The notes under the pieces: generated by a model
Database searches by the model: none
The model's input: the letters and a program-made list of their open reading frames with translations, nothing else
What the model was told of the DNA's origin: nothing
Made by a program: the position numbers and the translations under genes
Assembly (NCBI GenBank): GCA_944332155.1
Contig: CALVJM010000003.1
Span: forward strand, 1 to 37,047
DNA from: an uncultured Bacilli bacterium
Lineage (GTDB): Bacteria > Bacillota_I > Bacilli_A > RF39 > UBA660
Direction of reading: 5' to 3'
Length of the DNA stretch: 37,047 nucleotides
Part shown: piece by piece, positions 1-8,773 of the stretch
Layout: each line of letters begins with the position of its first letter
Numbering within the stretch: position 1 is the stretch's first letter

Positions 1-2
1 AA

Positions 3-78
3 ATTACACAAGGTGCAAAAAACGCGTTTTCCTTTATAAAATAAGGGTTTACGCGTTTTTGCTGTAAAACTCAAGATA
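3..78. repeat. 76-bp repeat, inverted copy of 36971..37046; probable terminus of a multicopy IS-like element
   Basis: Manual alignment to the reverse complement of the window end gives 71/76 identity; internal dyad GCAAAAAACGCGT...ACGCGTTTTTGC. Confidence 0.9.
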
Positions 79-208
79 TAATGAATTTCGCATGTTTCTT
101 AAAAATATGAAATAAAAAATGTCAACTAGAAGAAAAAATGTTTTATATTTTTCATGAAAGACATTTCTTTCACTGTAACAATATGATATGATAACTAAAG
201 GTGATTCT

Positions 209-2563
209 ATGAAATGGTTAGAAAATATACCCCAAGATGCAATTGTGATTATTCCATCGTCATTAAAGAAAAAAATCATTTATGAGATGAATCAAATGTT
301 AAATCATTCATATAAAATTATGACAATGCAGGAAGTAGAAAGTTTACTATCTTTTACTTTTACCAAAGATGCTTTATATTTCTTAGCTACCACTTGTCAT
401 CTGTCAATTCCTATTGCTAAGATGTATATGGATAACATGAAATATATGAAGCAAGAAAAAGTTAAAACACCTAAATTAGAGAAGATACAAATATACTTTG
501 AAGTATTAAAACAATATAACAAGCTTCGTTATTCACATTACGGACCATTACTTTTTAAAGGACGTTCTATTTATATTGCTGGTTTTGACTTTTTTACCCT
601 TTTAGAAAACTACTATATTGAAGAATTAAAACAATTAGGTGATGTACATATTATTACCCCTGCAAGTGATTCACAACACTCTAGTATACAAGTTTATGAG
701 TTTTCTCATATTCAAGAAGAAGTGGAATATGTAGCTAGTTTACTTGCTAAAAAAATAGAAGAAGGAGTAGCTTGTGAACATCTTTATTTAATAGGTGTAT
801 CTGATGAATATAAATCATATATAGAAAGAATTTTTTCTTTTTATCAATTACCTTTTCCTGATATTCAAAAACAAACCCTTTATACAACACGGATTGGAAA
901 AGAATTCTTATCACATATAAAAAAATATTCTCCTGAAGAGACTATTGCTTTGTTACAAAAAGAGTATAGTACATTAAATGAACGAATGATAATACAAGAA
1001 TGTGTTCGTATTTTAAATCAATATGCATGGTATGATGGTAATCTTTTGGATTTGTATGATTATATCTTAGAAGATGTAAAAGAAAAAACAATTTCTATTG
1101 ATGCTAAAAAAGCAGTTATCTCATTTGATTCTTCAATTTTACATACATGGTTTAGTGAAGATGATTATGTATATATATTAGGTGCGAACCAGGGCTCATT
1201 ACCACCTATTGTTAAAGATGAATCTTATATTACAGATGATTGTTGTAAAGAAACATATAAAGAAGATAGTGTGTGTACTAATAAAATGAATCGTGAAGGA
1301 ACGAAACAGAGCTTATTACGCATCCCTAATTTGTATATGAGTTATACATTGTCTAATGATAACGGTGTTTGTTATCCATCTGCTTTATTACAAGAACTAC
1401 CAGTTCAAATAGTAAAACCAACCTGGGATTGGAAACATAATTATGGTGGTGATTATAATAAAATTAAAATGGCCAGTCAATTAGATCAATTGCGTAATTA
1501 TAATGAATATACACCATCATTAACGCTACTTACATCAACTTATGATGTACATGATTATTTAAGTTATCACCATGAATTCACACCAGTCGCCAATTTTCAC
1601 TATCACCCTGTCTTGTCTTATACCAGTTTAAGTAGTTATATGGAATGTGCATTTAAGTATTATTTAACATATATTTTAAAATTAAATGAATTTGAAGAGT
1701 CATTCTCTCAAAAAGTAGGAAATATATATCATTATATCTTATCCTTATGGACAAAACCAAAAGAAAAATTAGAAGCGATTCTGCAAGAACAAGTAAAAGA
1801 AGCTTCTTTTGAAATTGCAGAAAAGGTTTGGTGGAATCCTTTAGAACAACATTTATGGGATATTATTGATGTTTTAAAAGAACAACAATTATGTACTGAC
1901 TTTACAAGTGAAGAACACGAAAAAGAAGTCGTAGTTGAATTGTCAGAAAAAATTAAAGTTAAAGGTATTATTGATAAAATTATATCTTATCAAAAAGATG
2001 GTATTACTTATCACGCTCTAGTAGATTATAAAACAGGAAATACTGATATATCATTAAAACATTTAAAATATGGATTTAGTATGCAGTTGCCATTTTATCT
2101 ATTCTTATTAATGCATACAAAAAAGCAAGATCACGAACAAGTTGTAGGTTTTTATTTACAAAAGTGTTTACAATATAATTTACATACTAAACACGGGGAA
2201 AGTCTAGAAAAACAAAAAAAGGATAGTTTAAAGTTAGAAGGATATTCACTTAATGAAGAAGCTATACTTTCTCACTTGGATAAGACTTATGAAAATAGTG
2301 AATTGATTAAAGGTTTAAAAACTACTAAGAGTGGTTTTAGTAGTTTTGCAAAACTGGTAACTAAACAACAGCTTTTAGAAATTAATCAACAAATGGAACA
2401 ACATATCTTAGATGCGTGGCATAAAATCAATCAAGGAGATTTTAAAATTAATCCTAAAGTACTGGAGAATAAAAATAGGAGTTGTACTTATTGTCCGTTT
2501 CAAGATATTTGCTTTAAAACGAATAATGATACGGTGTATTTAGGAGGTGAGAATGATGGGTAG
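209..2563 (+). CDS. addB: AddB/RexB-like PD-(D/E)XK nuclease subunit of AddAB helicase-nuclease
   Basis: C-terminal nuclease motif GIIDKI...VDYKTG; Fe-S cysteines (ECAFKY ... CTYCPFQDIC); overlaps addA. Start moved to ATG 209 behind an AGGTGA RBS. Confidence 0.85.
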   Translation: MKWLENIPQDAIVIIPSSLKKKIIYEMNQMLNHSYKIMTMQEVESLLSFTFTKDALYFLATTCHLSIPIAKMYMDNMKYMKQEKVKTPKLEKIQIYFEVLKQYNKLRYSHYGPLLFKGRSIYIAGFDFFTLLENYYIEELKQLGDVHIITPASDSQHSSIQVYEFSHIQEEVEYVASLLAKKIEEGVACEHLYLIGVSDEYKSYIERIFSFYQLPFPDIQKQTLYTTRIGKEFLSHIKKYSPEETIALLQKEYSTLNERMIIQECVRILNQYAWYDGNLLDLYDYILEDVKEKTISIDAKKAVISFDSSILHTWFSEDDYVYILGANQGSLPPIVKDESYITDDCCKETYKEDSVCTNKMNREGTKQSLLRIPNLYMSYTLSNDNGVCYPSALLQELPVQIVKPTWDWKHNYGGDYNKIKMASQLDQLRNYNEYTPSLTLLTSTYDVHDYLSYHHEFTPVANFHYHPVLSYTSLSSYMECAFKYYLTYILKLNEFEESFSQKVGNIYHYILSLWTKPKEKLEAILQEQVKEASFEIAEKVWWNPLEQHLWDIIDVLKEQQLCTDFTSEEHEKEVVVELSEKIKVKGIIDKIISYQKDGITYHALVDYKTGNTDISLKHLKYGFSMQLPFYLFLLMHTKKQDHEQVVGFYLQKCLQYNLHTKHGESLEKQKKDSLKLEGYSLNEEAILSHLDKTYENSELIKGLKTTKSGFSSFAKLVTKQQLLEINQQMEQHILDAWHKINQGDFKINPKVLENKNRSCTYCPFQDICFKTNNDTVYLGGENDG

Positions 2564-5500
2564 ACAATGGACCAAAGAACAACAAGATGCTATTTCCAAA
2601 AGTGGAACGAATATGATTATTAGTGCAGGTGCAGGTAGTGGAAAAACAGCTGTCTTAACGGAACGAGTAATTGAAAAACTTCGTCATGGCGTCCATATAC
2701 GTAGTCTACTGATTTTAACCTTCACTAATGCTGCTGCTAGTGAGATGAAAGAACGTATTCGAAGCGCACTAAATAAAGAACCAGAATTGAAAACAGAATT
2801 AGACCAATTAGACTCCGCATATATTACAACTTTTGATAGTTACGCACTATCACTAGTAAAGAAGTATCATTATTTGTTAGATTTACCTAAAGAAATTAAA
2901 ATTACTTCAAGTAGTATCGTTTCTATGAAAAGGAAAGAACTTTTAGATAACATTATCAATGAGTTATATGAACAGAATAATTCTTTATTTCTTGAATGTA
3001 TACAATCATTCTGCCTTAAAAGTGACCAAAGTATTCGCCAAGCTATTTTAAACTATGATGATAAATTAAACTTACGCACTGATAAACAAGAGTATTTAAA
3101 TAAATATCTTGATACTTATTATAAAGAAGAATATTTACAATTGTTTGTTGAAGAATATCAAAACTTATTAAAAGAACAAATCACTTATCTAAATAATTTA
3201 TTATCACAACTAGAACTTGTAAGTGATGGTGATTATTATTATGCAGTGGTGGATGCCTTACAACCATTATTAGATGCGAAAAAATATCAAGATTTTTTAG
3301 TTGTTCATCAAATCAAATTAAAAAATGCTCCTAAAGGTAGTAGTGAAGAATTGAAAAAGCTAAAACAAAATATTGGTGAAATTCTTAAAAGTATTAAAGA
3401 ATTAACTATTTACGAAAATGAAGAAGAAATGTATCAAGAAGTGATGGCAACTAAAAATACAGTAACGCTCTTTATTCAAATTCTATTACGTTTAGATCAA
3501 GAAATGCAGGCATGGAAGAAACAAGAAAATTCATATGAATTTCATGATATTTCTCGTATGAGTTTAGACCTATTAAAAAAACATCCGGAAGTATGTCAAG
3601 AACTAAAACAAAGTTTTAGTGAAATTTTAGTAGATGAATATCAAGATACGAATGATATCCAAGAAGAATTTATTTCTTATATTTCCAATCATAATGTTTA
3701 TATGGTGGGTGATATAAAACAATCTATTTATCAATTCCGTAATGCCAATCCATATATTTTTAAAAGTAAATACGATCAATATAAACAAGAAATAGATGGT
3801 ATTAAAATAGATTTAATTAAAAACTTTCGTTCTCGAAAAGAAGTTCTTGACGATATTAATGTTTTGTTTGATCCATGGATGGATGATGAAATAGGGGGAG
3901 CAAATTACAAACAAGAACATCAAATGGTTGCTGGAAACAAAATGTATGATAATGAGGGTAAAACCGGAGAGAATTATCATATGGACATTTTAAACTATAC
4001 ATATGAAAAAGAAAGTCCATTTTCCCGAAGAGAAATAGAAATCTTTGCGATTGCCCGTGACATAAAAGAAAAAATAGAACACCAATATCCTATTTTTGAT
4101 ATGAGTAAAGGAGTTACCAGACCAGCTGTATATAAAGACTTTACTATTCTTTTACAAACTGGTAGTGATTATGATTTATACAAAAAAATATTTTTATATT
4201 TCAATATTCCTTTACAAGTATATCAAGACGAATCTATTAAAAGCTCATACGATGTTCATCTCGTAAAAAATATTTTTATTCTTTTAGATTCATTAAACAA
4301 AAAAAGCTTTGATCGTACTTTCGTTCATGCCTTTATGAGTGTTGGTCGAAGTTTTCTAATGGAATATCGTGATGATCAATTATATCATATTATTAATGAA
4401 AAAACTTATAAAGAAACAACATTATATAAAAAGATTGAGAATATATTACCAACTTTAACAACATCTTCTTTACCACAAGTATTAGCTCAAATTATTGAAG
4501 AGTTTGATATTTATCGTAAACTAGTAAAAGTAGGTGATATTAATCATACTTTAGCTCGCCTTGATTATTTATCGCATGTAGCTAATGAAGCTTCTGAACT
4601 AGGTTTTGATATACCAGAATTTATCAATTATTTAGAAGAAGTATTAAACGGTCAAGAAGATATTAAAATGAAAGGAATTTTAGATCAAAGTAACACTGTA
4701 AAATTAATGAATATTCATAAATCTAAAGGATTAGAATTTCCTATTTGTTATTTCGCATCTTTGGATCGTAAGTTTAATATTGATGATGTTAAAGGAGATT
4801 TCTTATACGATAAGAAGTATGGCTTTATCCTTCCTTACTATAAAGATGGTTTAAAAGAAACAATGATAAAAACATTATATAAACAAAACTACTTAAAAGA
4901 AACCATTAGTGAGAAAATACGATTATTTTATGTAGCTTTAACGAGAGCTAAAGAAAAAATGATTTTTGTTACAGATTTATCATTAAAAGAAGATACTGGT
5001 CCAGACATAGTACCAGTTTTAGATCGTCTTCATTATCGTAGTTTAAATGATATGTTATGTTCAATTAAAGAACGATTAACCTCATATATTAAACCACTAT
5101 CCCTTTCTTCATTAAACTTATCGAAAGATTATATGTTAGAGCTAAAAATTGATTTAGAAAAGAAATTAAAAACAACTACTGAAACCATTATTGAACATCA
5201 TCTTCCATCAATAGAAGAAGAGATTAAAGAGATTCATTTTTCTAAAGATAATTATCAGTTGTTGGAAGAAGATATTGATGATATATTACAATTAGGTGAA
5301 GAAGCTCATCTATTGTTGGAAATCATTGACTTTAAAAATCCAGATCTTTCTTTTATTGAAAGTGACTTCTTGAAAGAACGCATCCAAACTTTTCTAAAAC
5401 AACCATTACTACAGAAAATAACAGATGGGATTATTTACAAAGAATATCCATTTGTTATAGAAGATCGCAAGACTAGTGCTCATGGTATTATTGATTTATT

Positions 5501-5672
5501 TATTGTTTATAACGATCACATAGATGTAATTGATTATAAACTAAAGAATATAGATGATCCTGCATATATAAAGCAAGTAGAAGGATATAAAAATTATTTA
5601 TCTAACCAGTATAACCTTCCAGTGCATGGTTATTTATATTCATTATTTGACGGAAAACTAAAACAAGTTTAA
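2556..5672 (+). CDS. addA: AddA/RexA UvrD-family helicase-nuclease subunit
   Basis: Walker A AGAGSGKT, LTFTNAAA, VDEYQD, VGDIKQSIYQFR, NFRS, IHKSKGLEF, YVALTRA, C-terminal GIIDL..DYK; GGAGGTG RBS. Confidence 0.93.
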   Translation: MGRQWTKEQQDAISKSGTNMIISAGAGSGKTAVLTERVIEKLRHGVHIRSLLILTFTNAAASEMKERIRSALNKEPELKTELDQLDSAYITTFDSYALSLVKKYHYLLDLPKEIKITSSSIVSMKRKELLDNIINELYEQNNSLFLECIQSFCLKSDQSIRQAILNYDDKLNLRTDKQEYLNKYLDTYYKEEYLQLFVEEYQNLLKEQITYLNNLLSQLELVSDGDYYYAVVDALQPLLDAKKYQDFLVVHQIKLKNAPKGSSEELKKLKQNIGEILKSIKELTIYENEEEMYQEVMATKNTVTLFIQILLRLDQEMQAWKKQENSYEFHDISRMSLDLLKKHPEVCQELKQSFSEILVDEYQDTNDIQEEFISYISNHNVYMVGDIKQSIYQFRNANPYIFKSKYDQYKQEIDGIKIDLIKNFRSRKEVLDDINVLFDPWMDDEIGGANYKQEHQMVAGNKMYDNEGKTGENYHMDILNYTYEKESPFSRREIEIFAIARDIKEKIEHQYPIFDMSKGVTRPAVYKDFTILLQTGSDYDLYKKIFLYFNIPLQVYQDESIKSSYDVHLVKNIFILLDSLNKKSFDRTFVHAFMSVGRSFLMEYRDDQLYHIINEKTYKETTLYKKIENILPTLTTSSLPQVLAQIIEEFDIYRKLVKVGDINHTLARLDYLSHVANEASELGFDIPEFINYLEEVLNGQEDIKMKGILDQSNTVKLMNIHKSKGLEFPICYFASLDRKFNIDDVKGDFLYDKKYGFILPYYKDGLKETMIKTLYKQNYLKETISEKIRLFYVALTRAKEKMIFVTDLSLKEDTGPDIVPVLDRLHYRSLNDMLCSIKERLTSYIKPLSLSSLNLSKDYMLELKIDLEKKLKTTTETIIEHHLPSIEEEIKEIHFSKDNYQLLEEDIDDILQLGEEAHLLLEIIDFKNPDLSFIESDFLKERIQTFLKQPLLQKITDGIIYKEYPFVIEDRKTSAHGIIDLFIVYNDHIDVIDYKLKNIDDPAYIKQVEGYKNYLSNQYNLPVHGYLYSLFDGKLKQV

Positions 5673-5709
5673 TAAAAAGTTAAAAATGTTTCATTTTTAG
5701 CTTTCCTTT

Positions 5710-5718
5710 TGGTATAAT
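5710..5718 (+). promoter_or_regulatory. Extended -10 (TGnTATAAT) promoter element for uppP
   Basis: TGGTATAAT ~45 bp upstream of the ATG, followed by an AGGAGG RBS. Confidence 0.55.
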
Positions 5719-5762
5719 GTATAAAGTCATGTTAATAAACATAGTCAGTTAGGAGGAAAATA

Positions 5763-6575
5763 ATGGGAATATTAGATATTATTATACTAGGAATTATACA
5801 AGGAATTGCTGAATTTTTACCAATCAGTTCCAGTGCCCATCTTATTATTTTTAGAGATGTGTTTGGTATTGGTGCGGGTATTCCTAATGATTTAGCTATG
5901 ACCCTTGATATTGCTCTACATCTAGGAACTTTATTAGCGATTGGTATTTACTTCTTTAATGATTTCATAACTATGATATGTAAAGGATTAACTAAAGGAG
6001 TAAAAGATAAAGAAGGAAAAATGTTGTGGTATTTAATTGTCGCAACCATTCCTGCTGCCATTGTAGGTGTATTGTTTGAAGAAGTTATTGAGAATGCATT
6101 ACGTAGTAACTATATTTTAATTGCTTGCGCTTTAATCTTTATGGGAATTCTTATTTATATCGTAGATAAAAAGATGAAACAAAAAGAAAGCTTAGAAGGA
6201 ATGAATATCAAACAAGCTTTCGGTATAGGATGTGCCCAAGTATTCGCACTTATCCCAGGTTTTTCAAGAAGTGGTACAACTATTACTGCTGCCCGTGCTT
6301 TTCAATTAAAAAGAGAAGATGCAGCTAAATTTTCATTTTATCTATCCGCACCTGTAGTTTGTGGTGCTGTCTTTTTAAAATTATTAGAGTCAAGTACTTG
6401 GACATTAATTTCAACTAATTTAACAGTCTTTTTAATTGGTATCTTAGTTGCCTTTTTATCAGGGTTATTTTGTATATCATTCTTATTAAAGTATTTAAAG
6501 AAACATGATTTTAAACTATTTATGTGGTATCGTATTATATTAGGAATCGTGGTTATCTTAATGACTACTTTCTAA
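5763..6575 (+). CDS. uppP: Undecaprenyl-diphosphate phosphatase (BacA)
   Basis: GIIQGIAEFLPISSSAHL and ALIPGFSRSGTTI signature motifs; multi-pass membrane protein. Confidence 0.96.
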   Translation: MGILDIIILGIIQGIAEFLPISSSAHLIIFRDVFGIGAGIPNDLAMTLDIALHLGTLLAIGIYFFNDFITMICKGLTKGVKDKEGKMLWYLIVATIPAAIVGVLFEEVIENALRSNYILIACALIFMGILIYIVDKKMKQKESLEGMNIKQAFGIGCAQVFALIPGFSRSGTTITAARAFQLKREDAAKFSFYLSAPVVCGAVFLKLLESSTWTLISTNLTVFLIGILVAFLSGLFCISFLLKYLKKHDFKLFMWYRIILGIVVILMTTF

Positions 6576-6618
6576 TTTAATATACATCCAAGTGTGCAAA
6601 TCGCAAACATCTGTGCAT

Positions 6619-6627
6619 GGGGGGGGG
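6619..6627 (+). repeat. G9 homopolymer tract upstream of the -35 box
   Basis: Nine consecutive G in an AT-rich intergenic region. Confidence 0.9.
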
Positions 6628-6636
6628 TATATGAGA

Positions 6637-6666
6637 TTGACAATCATATACTCTTTTTAGTATAAT
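6637..6666 (+). promoter_or_regulatory. Consensus SigA promoter with overlapping palindrome
   Basis: TTGACA (6637-6642), 18-bp spacer, TATAAT (6661-6666); GTATATGA...TCATATAC dyad (6627-6651) centred on the -35. Confidence 0.8.
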
Positions 6667-6715
6667 GAATAAGAAAGATAAAAAATACCATAATAGAAGT
6701 AGATGAGATGTTGGT

Positions 6716-8020
6716 ATGCGAACACGTCAAAAACAAAGAATCGTTATAGGAGTATTATGTTCAGTCATTATCGGACTTGCAGTAGGATATGCTGTATTAA
6801 GCCAACAATTGAACATTCAAGGAACAGGTAGTATTACATCTGATTTTAGTATTGTATTTACTAATATTGAAGAAATTAACCAAGTTCCAGAAAATGGAGA
6901 TTATAATGATTTTGACAATGGGGTTTTAGGCTCTATGGGGATAACAACCCATGATATAACAACCCTTCAAGCTGATGTGACCAATGACCATCAAATAGAC
7001 TTAAATGTTGACATGAAAAAACCAGGAGCTACTGGAATATACGAAATAACAGTAGAAAACACTGGTAAGTTAGATGGATATATTAGTGACATTACAGGAT
7101 TGGATGAAGCTAATGCTTCGGAACCAACAGATATTCGATTTATGTTATTTAATTTTAAAGAAAATCAAAAAATAAGAGTAGGAGAAGAAAAGAAGTTTAT
7201 ACTTATTGTATCATGGAATGAAGATGCGACAACAATTCCACAAACAAATAAGAGCTTAACCTTAGATTTAACAGTAACGCAATATTCAGAACAAGAACAA
7301 GATCGACCAGACATACCAGAACCTAGTGGTAAAACAGATTATGCTGTAGGGGATGAAGTATACTTTGATCCAGTTAAAGGCCAAAGGTGTTATAGTGATG
7401 AAGCATGGACATTAGATGATAAGAGTAGAACTTGTTACAAATGGAATGTGATAAAGGCAAGTGATTCATCAAAAGACACTGTTGAATTATTATTAGACCA
7501 TGATCTTCCAGGAGATACTGCATGGATAAGCTTAGAAGATTATAAAGAAGCAGGCGGAACAGAAGGAGTATATAATAATAACTACGGACCAATTACCGCT
7601 TTAAAACACTTAAAGAATATGACAGACAGTTGGAATGGAGTTGTAACATTAACGAGTGCCGATAATGTAACAAGACAAAATGGAAGTGGTGGCGATTATA
7701 CCATTGATTATAATGGATATAAAGCAAGACTGATTAGTGGACAAGAGATTGCTGATATTGCTGGGAATAATGAATGGACACAAGGTAGTGGCTCTATAGA
7801 AGGACTACCAACATGGGTTTATAGTAATATGGCAATGAATGGTATTTCGGATATTGATGTTTATGAACATTTTGTATATTGGACTGATTCAGCGCATACT
7901 TGGGCTAGTGGTGGTGCGTGGAGCGTGTTCGTTGGTGGAATTTTTGACAACAACGACGTGTCGAACGCAAGCGGCTATGGAGTTCGCCCCGTTGTTAGAA
8001 TTATGAAGTCTAATCTCTAG
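6716..8020 (+). CDS. Secreted/surface protein: SipW-type signal peptide and TasA/camelysin-like N-terminal domain, C-terminal DUF6273/C-type-lectin-like domain; candidate DGR target
   Basis: Basic N-terminus, hydrophobic stretch ending GYA, ITVENTG motif, Pro-rich linker (RPDIPEP), C-terminal YWT..AWSV..GVRPVV. Family names come from motif recollection, not a search. Confidence 0.65.
   Translation: MRTRQKQRIVIGVLCSVIIGLAVGYAVLSQQLNIQGTGSITSDFSIVFTNIEEINQVPENGDYNDFDNGVLGSMGITTHDITTLQADVTNDHQIDLNVDMKKPGATGIYEITVENTGKLDGYISDITGLDEANASEPTDIRFMLFNFKENQKIRVGEEKKFILIVSWNEDATTIPQTNKSLTLDLTVTQYSEQEQDRPDIPEPSGKTDYAVGDEVYFDPVKGQRCYSDEAWTLDDKSRTCYKWNVIKASDSSKDTVELLLDHDLPGDTAWISLEDYKEAGGTEGVYNNNYGPITALKHLKNMTDSWNGVVTLTSADNVTRQNGSGGDYTIDYNGYKARLISGQEIADIAGNNEWTQGSGSIEGLPTWVYSNMAMNGISDIDVYEHFVYWTDSAHTWASGGAWSVFVGGIFDNNDVSNASGYGVRPVVRIMKSNL
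7877..7993 (+). other. Candidate DGR variable region (VR)
   Basis: 61 G+C in 110 nt (7881-7990), many NNC/NNT codons between fixed GCG TGG, GTG and GGA GTT CGC CCC GTT codons, at the extreme 3' end of the gene. Confidence 0.65.
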
Positions 8021-8054
8021 ATGGTTATGTTTGAAAGATACGACTATTTAAATG

Positions 8055-8081
8055 GAATAAGTGAAAACTTATTCTTTTTTT
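8055..8081 (+). terminator. Rho-independent terminator
   Basis: GAATAAGT-GAAA-ACTTATTC followed by T7. Confidence 0.8.
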
Positions 8082-8137
8082 CATAAAAAAAAGGAAATGA
8101 GTATAGATAACTCGTATATTTTAGTAGGGGGGATAAA

Positions 8138-8773
8138 ATGAGAGAAGACAAAAGGAAAGTTATTATTACAATTTTATTTAGTCTGTTATTTATTGGTACC
8201 AGTATTTATTTTTGGGTAAAACCGTCTGATGTAGTTGAAGAAACGAAAGAGAACGAAAAAAATACAGTGGTTAAAAAAGAAAAAACAAAAGATATAGAAG
8301 AAGAAACAATGATTGTTGATATTAAAGGTGAAGTAAATACCCCGGGGATTTATGAGGTGCCAGCTAATACGAGAGTTATGGATGTTATTACAAGTGCTGG
8401 AGGTTTAACAGATGAAGCCGATACGAGTGGTATTAATTTAAGTAAAATAGTTACAGATGAAATGGTTATTATTGTAGATAAAAAGGGTGAGGTAATTCAA
8501 AACAACGAAGTGACTAATGGTGCGCGTATTACTGCTAATGATGCAATATTAGATAGTAAAGGAAATAATAGTCAATCATCGGGTCCTGTTTCTATCAATC
8601 AGGCTTCTAAAGAAGCTTTAATGACATTACCAGGTATTGGTGAAACTAAAGCAACCGCTATTATTTCATATAGAGAAACACATGGAGGATTTAAAAGTTT
8701 AGAGGAATTAATGGAAGTAAATGGTATTGGAGAATCAACTTTTAATAAAATTAAAGCAAATATTACACTCTAA
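8138..8773 (+). CDS. comEA: Competence DNA receptor ComEA
   Basis: N-terminal TM, SLBB domain (VDIKGEVNTPGIYE), C-terminal HhH motifs (LPGIGETKA, VNGIGE); adjacent to comEC. Confidence 0.93.
   Translation: MREDKRKVIITILFSLLFIGTSIYFWVKPSDVVEETKENEKNTVVKKEKTKDIEEETMIVDIKGEVNTPGIYEVPANTRVMDVITSAGGLTDEADTSGINLSKIVTDEMVIIVDKKGEVIQNNEVTNGARITANDAILDSKGNNSQSSGPVSINQASKEALMTLPGIGETKATAIISYRETHGGFKSLEELMEVNGIGESTFNKIKANITL

Noticed and set aside
49-279. 76-aa minus-strand ORF
   Set aside because: Antisense to the addB start and runs into the terminal repeat; no motif.
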